The notes under the pieces: model-generated | Databases searched by the model: none | The model's input: only the letters and a program-made list of their open reading frames with translations | What the model was told of the DNA's origin: nothing | Assembly: GCA_938084645.1 (NCBI GenBank) | Contig: CALKEP010000014.1 | Location: 1-37,931, forward strand | Direction: 5' to 3' | DNA from: an uncultured Phycisphaerales bacterium | Lineage (GTDB): Bacteria; Planctomycetota; Phycisphaerae; Phycisphaerales; SM1A02 | DNA length: 37,931 bases | Shown: positions 8,519-18,812 of the stretch, one piece after another | How positions within the stretch are numbered: the stretch's first letter is position 1 | How the letters are laid out: each line of letters begins with the position of its first letter | Program-made: the position numbers and the translations under genes

Positions 8519-9807
8519 GCTTCATCCTCCACGAGGTCGACGATCGCCGATTCGACCCGTCCGGATTCCACGCGTTCCGCGACCACTCGGACGTTGGCGA
8601 GTCGGATCTCGTCGCCGGGACGCGCCAGTCTTCCAAGGCGGGCGAGGAAGAGCCCCCCCACCGTGGAGACCCGGCGGTCGTCGATCGAGGGACCGAAGAC
8701 GGCCTTCCACTCGTGCAGGGGCATGAGGCCGCCGACCCGCCATCGGGCGTCCGCGAGCCGCACCGGCTCGACGAACTCCGCCTCGTCGACGGTTCCGATC
8801 TCACCGATCAGTTCCTCCGCGACGTCCTCGATGGTCACGAGTCCCGCGGTCCCGCCGAATTCGTCCACCACGATCGCCAGCGTGGAGCCTTCGGCTCGAA
8901 AGCGGGTGAGGAGCTGTTCGACCGAAGCGAGTTCCGGGACGAAGGACGGATTCCGACACAAGGCGGCCATGGCTTCGATGTCCGGATCACCAACCGGCCC
9001 GTCGAGCAGGAAACTGCGACATGGAAGGATGCCGACGATCTCGTCGAGATTCCCGGCGTGGATCGGAAGGCGTCCGAGTCCGCTGTCCGCGATCAGGGCT
9101 CTGACTTCGGCGGGCGGCGCATCCACCGTGGTCGACAGCATCGAGACCCGGGGCGTCATGATGTCCCGGACCCGCAGGGTGCGGAAGGAGACGACCTCTC
9201 GGAGAAGCGTCTCCTCGCCTCGGTCGATGACGCCCTGACGGGCCGAGAGATCGACCAAGGCCTCGAGTTCGTCGGAGTCCAGCACGGTCTCGGGAGAACG
9301 GCCGATGAGCCGCTGCAGCGGTTCGATCACGACCGCCGTGACGATCCTGCCGATCGGCAGCAGAATCCGGTGGAGCACCGTGAGCGGCGGACCGATCACC
9401 GCGGCCGCGCCGACACGATGCGTCTGTCCCGCGAGTTTCGGGGCGACCTCACCGAGCACGATCACGGCGAGCAACGTGCCGAGGCCGAAGATCGCCGCGG
9501 CGAGCGGAACGCCCTCGTGACGAAGAAGCAGCACGGACGTCACGGTCATGTAGAGCGTGTTGATCGTCATGTTGCCGAGGAGGATCGTCACCAGAAGCCG
9601 GCGAGGATCCCGCAGCAACGCCTCCGTGGCAGCCGCCACGATGCCGCCGCGCCTCCGGATGGCGGCGCGATCGTCGGTGCGGAGCCCGAAGAACACCGTC
9701 TCCGACGCGGAGAAGAACCCGCTCGCCACCAGAAGGGGCAGGAGCATCGCCAGAAGAACGTAGTCGGTGAAGTCGAGCGTTGGCACCGGATCAGAGGTCC
9801 AGGGCAT
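8515..9807 (-). CDS. CNNM/DUF21-CBS-CorC_HlyC protein (hemolysin family, Mg/Co transport)
   Basis: SGFFSASET, LVTILLGNMTIN, LGEVAPK, VRDIMTPR, AIVVDEFGGTAGLVTIEDVAEELIGEI, and a C-terminal TVGG CorC domain. Confidence 0.92.
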   Translation of the reverse strand: MPWTSDPVPTLDFTDYVLLAMLLPLLVASGFFSASETVFFGLRTDDRAAIRRRGGIVAAATEALLRDPRRLLVTILLGNMTINTLYMTVTSVLLLRHEGVPLAAAIFGLGTLLAVIVLGEVAPKLAGQTHRVGAAAVIGPPLTVLHRILLPIGRIVTAVVIEPLQRLIGRSPETVLDSDELEALVDLSARQGVIDRGEETLLREVVSFRTLRVRDIMTPRVSMLSTTVDAPPAEVRALIADSGLGRLPIHAGNLDEIVGILPCRSFLLDGPVGDPDIEAMAALCRNPSFVPELASVEQLLTRFRAEGSTLAIVVDEFGGTAGLVTIEDVAEELIGEIGTVDEAEFVEPVRLADARWRVGGLMPLHEWKAVFGPSIDDRRVSTVGGLFLARLGRLARPGDEIRLANVRVVAERVESGRVESAIVDLVEDEA

Positions 9808-10336
9808 TCACGTTGGGGTCGATCTGTTCGAGCATCCGCTGGGCGTATCGCCAGCGATTGAGTTCGAGCCGGACCGCCGCCATCGCGGTGTGATCGGGAG
9901 ACGCGTCGTCCTCCGATTCGAGCAGTGCGGCCACGGCGGAACGGCGGTCATTCCACTCGGAACGCGCCCACTCCTCCAACCGCGCACGGTCGCCCTCGTC
10001 CCCCGATGCGTGGGCGGACGCGAGTTCCATTCGGATTTCCAGCATCGACTCGAGGAAGCCTTCGGGAAGCGATCGATCCTCCGCGGGCGAAGGGCCTCCA
10101 TGTCGCCTCAGCACGAGCTCCGCCCGCTCGAGGTCGTCTTCCAGAGACGATGCCGCGGCATTCATCGCCGCGAGCCTCGCGGTGTTCTCCGAAGCCTCGA
10201 CCGGCGATGACGCGCGATCGGGATGAAGGGACAACGTCGCGCGCATCAGACGGCGACGAACATCTTCAAGATCGATGTCGAATCGCGCCGGGAGATCAAG
10301 TACTGAAAAGGGGTCGTCGTTCATCGGCGAATCCAT
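9791..10336 (-). CDS. hscB: HscB-like J-domain co-chaperone
   Basis: DPFSVLDLPARFDID...LHPDR (HPD J-domain motif), MNAAASSLEDDLERAE, FLESMLEIRMEL C-terminal helical domain. Start uncertain (10336, 10324 or 10384). Confidence 0.75.
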   Translation of the reverse strand: MDSPMNDDPFSVLDLPARFDIDLEDVRRRLMRATLSLHPDRASSPVEASENTARLAAMNAAASSLEDDLERAELVLRRHGGPSPAEDRSLPEGFLESMLEIRMELASAHASGDEGDRARLEEWARSEWNDRRSAVAALLESEDDASPDHTAMAAVRLELNRWRYAQRMLEQIDPNVNALDL

Positions 10337-10447
10337 CACCCCGGACGCGATCGTTTCAGGCGTCTCCAGCTCGACCCCGTGCATTCCGGGCCCATCTCCG
10401 GCCGGGACGAAGAAGCGACGATCGATTCCAGCGGGCGACGCATCCCT

Positions 10448-10828
10448 TCAACCACGCCGCGGGTTGCGGCCCGAGCGGCGCGGCCGAGCATCGGCGCTTC
10501 GTCGAACGCGACGGGGCATCGTGCCTCCGGGCCGGCTTCCCGCGGTGACCGGCGTCGCTTCTTCCTTGGTGAGCTTGGACTTCTTGACCGCCATGTTGAC
10601 GACCAGGCGGCGACCCCGCAGAAGATGTCCGTCGACGCCGGCGATCGCCTTGGCCGCCTCTTCGGCGTTCGGCATCATCACGATCGCGAAGCCACGGAAC
10701 TTCTCCGTCTCCTTGTCCATCGCCATCGCGATGTCCTCGATCGTGCCATACGGCTCGAAGAGCGATTGGATCTCCTCCAGCTCGGCGGCGTAGGCGATGT
10801 TCCCGACGTAGATCTTGTTCTGTGGCAT
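10448..10828 (-). CDS. RRM RNA-binding protein (bacterial Rbp family) with basic C-terminal tail
   Basis: KIYVGNI (RNP2), KFRGFAIV (RNP1), GRRLVVNMA. G-rich SD-like GGGGG lies 5 nt before ATG 10828. Confidence 0.9.
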   Translation of the reverse strand: MPQNKIYVGNIAYAAELEEIQSLFEPYGTIEDIAMAMDKETEKFRGFAIVMMPNAEEAAKAIAGVDGHLLRGRRLVVNMAVKKSKLTKEEATPVTAGSRPGGTMPRRVRRSADARPRRSGRNPRRG

Positions 10829-10932
10829 GTGAACCCCCGCTTTCTCGTCCACCCCCAACGTTCATGCAGACATGCATGAGCCCGAGAACCAGAGAGGCGA
10901 ACGAACTCCCCCCGGCCCGCCTCTCCGACACA

Positions 10933-10961
10933 AGGGTAGCCCCTTCCGCGCCGTCGAGCAA
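10933..10961 (-). promoter_or_regulatory. putative sigma70 promoter of the RRM gene
   Basis: TTGCTC (10956-10961), 17 bp, TACCCT (10933-10938), preceded by an A/T-rich tract. Confidence 0.5.
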
Positions 10962-11142
10962 AAACAACCATTTTGACACTGGAAACCGAGATCACGCGCC
11001 CGATTCCCCGCTCCCCATCCTTCAACCCGAATCCGGCGGCTCCCCGAAGCCCGGACGTTGGCGAGTCGTCGCACGCCGAACACCCCCCATCACCGTGAGG
11101 CAGGTGCCAGCGAGCCCTGGTCCACCGTGTCGCAAGCAGGCT

Positions 11143-11204
11143 TCGGACCTTGCACGTCCGACCTTCATCTTCCGACCTTCATCGCCCGACCTTCATCTCC
11201 CGAC
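11143..11204. repeat. 14-bp tandem repeat (YCCGACCTTCATCK), about 4.4 copies
   Basis: tcggaccttgcacg / tccgaccttcatct / tccgaccttcatcg / cccgaccttcatct / cccgac. Confidence 0.85.
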
Positions 11205-11328
11205 AAGGCCCAACGCATCACGAGCCTCGAATGACTCATGAACATGACGGCTTCGGTGCCTTCGGTGACTCCGCGTGCCCGGCCCATCGATTGAACCTGC
11301 ACCAATCACGAATCGCTGGAGCACCGTC

Positions 11329-11371
11329 AAAAACAAGGACGGCCCGGTCGAGGTTTCCCTCGACCGGGCCG
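11329..11371 (-). terminator. intrinsic terminator of the 23S-5S operon
   Basis: Minus strand CGGCCCGGTCGAGG-GAAA-CCTCGACCGGGCCG followed by TCCTTGTTTTT: a perfect 14-bp stem. Confidence 0.88.
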
Positions 11372-11374
11372 CAA

Positions 11375-11482
11375 AGTCGGCGATAACCTACTTTCCCGCT
11401 GAGCAGTATCATCGGCAGAACGAGCTTCACTTCTGTGTTCGGGATGGGAACAGGTGTTTCCTCGTCCTTATGATCACCGACA
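11375..11482 (-). rRNA. rrf: 5S ribosomal RNA
   Basis: Reverse complement contains ACACCTGTTCCCATCCCGAACACAGAAGTGAAG and GGGAAAGTAGGT; terminal helix GTCGGTGAT/ATCGCCGAC. Ends are approximate to within a few nt. Confidence 0.96.
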
Positions 11483-11651
11483 AGCGTCTGGACGGGTTTT
11501 CACCCGCCCAGACGGTTTCGTGCAGATGTCGCGTATCGAGACCAAGTGACCTTGGGCTGGAACCGTCCTCGGGGAACGGAACCGCCATGTGACCATCTTG
11601 CGTTTCGTGTCGCCCTTGACCCATCCAACTGGATGGGGGCAGGGTCGGCAC

Positions 11652-14404
<2,753 letters not shown>

Positions 14405-14606
14405 GCACCGACCGCGACCCGATCCGAACTGGATTGGGACAAGGCCGGCCCTTCCTCACCACTAGGCGTGGATTGGAAGCGACTGTCTGCAGCAAGCAAG
14501 ACAGCCCGCAAGTCACATGGCTACTCAAGATCTCTCGGTCTCGACGTTCACTTGTTGGCCCGCATCTTGGGGTCGGGCCAGTGAACATCGCGACATCGTG
14601 CACGAG

Positions 14607-14619
14607 TTTTCAAAGAGCG
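14607..14619 (-). promoter_or_regulatory. boxA antitermination element of the rRNA leader
   Basis: CGCTCTTTGAAAA versus consensus TGCTCTTTAACAA, located between the promoter and the start of the processing stem. Confidence 0.75.
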
Positions 14620-14686
14620 ATCCCGATCACACTTCCGATCGGCTCCCCGCCAGGACGATTTCCCGTCCGTTTGGGGCAGAAGGAAG

Positions 14687-14714
14687 AGGATAGTGAGATC
14701 CCCATGAGTGTCAA
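14687..14714 (-). promoter_or_regulatory. rRNA promoter directly upstream of 23S
   Basis: Perfect TTGACA (14709-14714), 16 bp, TATCCT (14687-14692); upstream T-tract (possible UP element). Confidence 0.8.
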
Positions 14715-15214
14715 CCCCACCGAATGAGCAAAAAGTCCATTTCCAGCCTTGTTTTGCGATTCACCCCGGGAATTTTGGATTCCCACCACCAGAGCACCGC
14801 CATTTCAAGGGCAGGAGGCCGGATTCAGGCGCTTCCCAGGCTCCAGATCGACTCGGAGTGGTCACCTGCGATCGTCAATGAAGCGCCACGCGATGGGACC
14901 AAGGTGTGGAAAACCCCTCGGCGAGGCCCCCTTCGTCAGGTTCGCTTCGCGGGATGACCGGCGATTCCGCCGACACCGACCCGCCTCGGGACTCGGCCAC
15001 CGCCCGGCCCGCCAGAACGGTCCATTCGCATCACCACCGCCCACGCGTACCGGCCCGCCGTGCCGTGCAGTGCCTGCTTTTCTCGACGTCCCGTGATCGC
15101 AACGCACGTCGAGGCACCAGCACGAGTCCCGACCGTTCGTCCGACACGTCCTCGGCGCCGACGTTCACGTCGAAGCCGATTGAAGGTGGTCGATGGTGCG
15201 GAACGACACCGAAG

Positions 15215-15247
15215 AAAAACGCGGCCGCTCCTCGGGAGCGACCGCGT
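15215..15247 (-). terminator. intrinsic terminator of the pilM operon
   Basis: Minus strand ACGCGGTCGCTCC-CGA-GGAGCGGCCGCGT followed by TTTTCTTC. Confidence 0.8.
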
Positions 15248-15301
15248 GTGAGAATTTGATTCGCGACGAAGACCCTTGCATGCAAGGCGTCTCGTGTTCG
15301 A

Positions 15302-17248
15302 TCAGGAAGACTGCCCCTGACCGGCATCGGTCTTGAGTCGAATTCGATCCTGATTCACGAGTTGTCGAGAAGGAATCCGAAGACGCAGCTCGGTCCCGTC
15401 GATTCGACGGCAGATCACGGTGGCATCATCGTCCCGGTCGAGGCCCGATCCGCCTGACGCCGCCGGATCGGCGACCACGTCGACGAGGTACCAGTCGGTC
15501 GAGAAATCGACGGCGACGGCGCCGCCCGCACCCGGGACCGTGACGTTGCGTCCGATCTGCTCGCCGGGCTGGACGTTGAACTGCGTGCTTCGACGGCTGC
15601 CGTCGAAGTAGCGATACATCTCGACCCGGACCTCGCCGAGCCCCATCGAGCCGCCGTCCTCGGAGGCACGAACCACGTAGAACTCGACCGGAGGACGGAT
15701 CTCGACCGGCGACGACCAGTCGCTGGCGAGGGACTCGATCGTGAACGACTTCGCCCGATCCTGCTGGGCCTCGAGCAACTGCCGACTCCGCGCGAACAAC
15801 GGGTTGTACAGGAACACCCGGGTTCGATAGCGATAGGTCGCGCCCGGCTCGACCGAGAGATCATGGGTCCAGATCAACATCTGGTCGTCGACCGCGATGT
15901 CGATGACCTCGACCGTCGTGGATTCGACCGATTCGAGGAAGTCCTGAGCCGCGGGATCCATCGCCTGAAGATCGTCCTGGAGCCGCTCGATCTCGGAACG
16001 CAGCCGATCGAGCTTCATGGTGAGGTTCATGCGGCGACGGCGATCGGTGGCCGATCCGACGCTGGACGAACCCTTCTTGCCCTGACCACTCGAACCGAAC
16101 CCGGGATCGCCGTTCGGGTCGGACTTGCCCCGCCCACTGCCGCGACCACCGCCGCGGCCGCTTCCGGAGCTGTCGTCATCGGCACCGGCATCCCCCTCGC
16201 GGAGTTCGCCGCCAAGCTCCTTCAAGGTCGCTTCGATTCGCCCGGCGGAACTCACCCGGTCACGCAGGCGACGCTCGATCTCACGCTGCTCCTGTCGTCG
16301 GGCCGCCTCCTCGTCGCTCACGTCCTCCATGCCGTCATCGGCCGAGAGTTCGCGATCATCGAACATCGCGGGCGCCGCGAAGCTGTCGTTCCTGGTGGCG
16401 TAGAACTCGGGCTGAAGGACTTCCAGCTGGTTCACCTTGTCATCGAGCTGAAGCCAGATCTGCTGCCGGAAACCCGCATCGAGCGTCCCATCGGCGATCC
16501 GCTCCACGATCTCCTCGCGGTAGGACAAGCGGCCCGGAACCGGGGCGACGACCTCGGCCTGCCCCCACGTCCCATCGTCACCCTTCTCCTGTCGCTCGAA
16601 GACGACGTCGATCACGTAGGGCCGGCGGTTGTACCAATTGCTGGGAATCTGGCTGCGAACCGGATTCGCCATCGAGTCCTCGCCCTCGAGTTCGGCCCGG
16701 AAGCCGGCGAGATCGATCTCCGCCACGGGCGTGGTCCAGATCAGGTCGTTGGACGACGATCCGAGGAGATCCGCGAGGTCCGGGTTGCGTTCGACTTCGG
16801 TGGCCTCCAGCGTGTCGATGGTCTGCATGACCATCTGCTGGATCCTCGGTTCGGGGATGACGGGGGTGTAGTACCAGACGTCGGAGGTGCCGACTTCTTC
16901 CGGCAACAACACCGACGCGAGCGCCGGCGCGACGACCGGTGGCATGGCCGAGGGTGCCGTGGAACTCGCGAGTCGAGCACGGAAGGCTTCGCCCCCGCTG
17001 CCATCGACGGCGAGAAACTGCTCGGTGTCGGCCTCGGCATCGGGCTGCAGCTGACGACTCAGCTCTCGAGCCTTGCCGACCATGGCCTCGTCGACCTCGG
17101 CGGGCCCGAGCGTCCGATTGTCGATCTCCGCCGTCACCGCGTCATAATCGATCACGATGGCGGCCAGCACGGCGAGCATGACCACGGCCGCGAGGCCGAA
17201 GACCATCTTCTCGACGTGCTGTTCCCAGAAAGGAATTCCCTTGTTCAT
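15302..17248 (-). CDS. uncharacterised membrane-anchored protein, third gene of pilM operon (FN3-like segment near C-terminus)
   Basis: N-terminal FWEQHVEK plus one TM helix; acidic body; Gly/Ser-rich linker; coiled coils; DLSVEPGATYRYRTRV...SDWS resembles an FN3 strand pattern. Confidence 0.75.
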   Translation of the reverse strand: MNKGIPFWEQHVEKMVFGLAAVVMLAVLAAIVIDYDAVTAEIDNRTLGPAEVDEAMVGKARELSRQLQPDAEADTEQFLAVDGSGGEAFRARLASSTAPSAMPPVVAPALASVLLPEEVGTSDVWYYTPVIPEPRIQQMVMQTIDTLEATEVERNPDLADLLGSSSNDLIWTTPVAEIDLAGFRAELEGEDSMANPVRSQIPSNWYNRRPYVIDVVFERQEKGDDGTWGQAEVVAPVPGRLSYREEIVERIADGTLDAGFRQQIWLQLDDKVNQLEVLQPEFYATRNDSFAAPAMFDDRELSADDGMEDVSDEEAARRQEQREIERRLRDRVSSAGRIEATLKELGGELREGDAGADDDSSGSGRGGGRGSGRGKSDPNGDPGFGSSGQGKKGSSSVGSATDRRRRMNLTMKLDRLRSEIERLQDDLQAMDPAAQDFLESVESTTVEVIDIAVDDQMLIWTHDLSVEPGATYRYRTRVFLYNPLFARSRQLLEAQQDRAKSFTIESLASDWSSPVEIRPPVEFYVVRASEDGGSMGLGEVRVEMYRYFDGSRRSTQFNVQPGEQIGRNVTVPGAGGAVAVDFSTDWYLVDVVADPAASGGSGLDRDDDATVICRRIDGTELRLRIPSRQLVNQDRIRLKTDAGQGQSS

Positions 17249-17294
17249 CGATGGCGTTCCACTACGAGTATCGGGGCGTTTCGGGTTCGCATGA

Positions 17295-18707
17295 TCAGCC
17301 GGCCTGGCCGACGGCGTTGTTCGGTTCGCTCTGGATTCCCAGTGCTTCTCGGAGATCGGCGGGCATCGTGTCGGCGGTCCATTCCCGAAGCCAGACCGAC
17401 TCCAGCCGGATGTTCACCCGGGACACGGGTTCGATGCCGTAGATGAAGCCTCCGCGGGCCGCCGTGAAGGCGTTCGCGGGCTTGAGCCCCACGTCGAGCA
17501 CCGTCATGAAGTTCTGCTGGGCGATCGCGTCGATCACCTTCGGAACCCCCCGGGTGGCGATCACGAGCTCGCACTCGACGATTCGGACATCGTAGACGTC
17601 GTTGGACATGCGGCCGGTGATCGACATGGACTTGTCCACCTTGGCGGCGACGCCGGGATCGACCTTGGCCTTCCCCGGACGGACCGGTGCACCAGCCCCG
17701 GCCTCCGCGGGCGCCGCGGCGGCGTTCCCGCCACCTCGACCACGCCGACCCGGGTTTCCGCCGCCCGCACCCATGCCGGGTGTTCCGCCGCCGAATCCTG
17801 ATCGTCCGGAGTTCCCACCGTCCTCGGGCAGTTCCGCGTCGAGGGGGAGGATGTTCAGGGAGACGAGTCGCTTCATCGGCCCCTGGAGCACCGTTTCATC
17901 CCCGTTCGCCGCCGCGAAGGCGTGAAGGAGATCCTCGGTGATCCAGTAGTCCCACTGCCACTCGAACATCGTGCCAAGCGGGAGCATCGACTTCGGTTCG
18001 GCCGGAATCGGCATCTCACCGAGCCCCGCGTAGAAGCGGATCGGGTTCGTCCCATCCTCGCCCAATGCATGACTTCGGTAGATGTTGAGACGCGCCGCGG
18101 CGAGTTCCGACCGCATGGCGTCGATCTCGTCCCCCTCGAGGTCCTCGACGGAGTCCTTCCGGGCACCGGACACGAAGACGTCCCGTCGACGTGAGAGACG
18201 CTCGGAGACGTCCTGCCCCTCGGGTGGAACCCCGGCGCCGACATCCGCGAGCAGCGATTCGTAGGACTCGACCAGCGCCTCGTGCATCAGGAACGGCATC
18301 TCCTCGAGCGCCGCCTTGCTTCTCGGGGCTGGAAAGTGATCGGGCAGGATGTCGTCCGCGGTACGGGTCCGACCCTTGATGGAGCGGTTTCGCTCGAGGC
18401 CGGCGGCATGCACGATCTCCGCCTGGGATCCGATCGTGGTGACCGCGCTCTCGTACGCCTCGAGCAATCGCGGATTCACGACCCCCCGGACCGAGATGGG
18501 ATCGCCACCCGGGACCTCGAGGGCCACCGTGGTCGATCGATAGCGATCGAGTTCCTTGACCTTCGAAGCGGTCTGCTGCAACTCGGTCCGCAAGGATGCG
18601 GACATGCCGCTCGAGATGACCCACGCCGTGATCGGCGCGGCCAGGATGATGACGGCACAGATCACCACGACGAGGTGAGATTTGATCCAGCGAAGAACGG
18701 GGGTCAT
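17295..18707 (-). CDS. uncharacterised bitopic membrane protein, second gene of pilM operon (PilO-like position)
   Basis: One N-terminal TM (HLVVVICAVIILAAPITAWVI), coiled coil, Gly-rich insert, C-terminal YDVRIVECELVI...NFMTVLDV beta-alpha-beta segment. SD-like AAAGG upstream. Confidence 0.75.
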   Translation of the reverse strand: MTPVLRWIKSHLVVVICAVIILAAPITAWVISSGMSASLRTELQQTASKVKELDRYRSTTVALEVPGGDPISVRGVVNPRLLEAYESAVTTIGSQAEIVHAAGLERNRSIKGRTRTADDILPDHFPAPRSKAALEEMPFLMHEALVESYESLLADVGAGVPPEGQDVSERLSRRRDVFVSGARKDSVEDLEGDEIDAMRSELAAARLNIYRSHALGEDGTNPIRFYAGLGEMPIPAEPKSMLPLGTMFEWQWDYWITEDLLHAFAAANGDETVLQGPMKRLVSLNILPLDAELPEDGGNSGRSGFGGGTPGMGAGGGNPGRRGRGGGNAAAAPAEAGAGAPVRPGKAKVDPGVAAKVDKSMSITGRMSNDVYDVRIVECELVIATRGVPKVIDAIAQQNFMTVLDVGLKPANAFTAARGGFIYGIEPVSRVNIRLESVWLREWTADTMPADLREALGIQSEPNNAVGQAG

Positions 18708-18812
18708 CCGCAGTTGGCCTTTCTAAAACCTAGAACCGGACTCGGCCGGTGACGCGACTTGGAACGCTCGATTCGGCGGCACGGGCACCGCCGGCACGCA
18801 TCCGTGTTTCGA

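Noticed and set aside
11143..11204. CRISPR array
   Set aside because: Repeats are 14 bp and directly adjacent, with no spacers and no cas genes.
14720..15210. Small ORFs, a tRNA-Ala or a 16S remnant upstream of the rRNA promoter
   Set aside because: The ORFs are Arg/Pro/Gly-rich without SD or motifs. No cloverleaf or 16S 3'-end (GATCACCTCCT) is seen on the minus strand.
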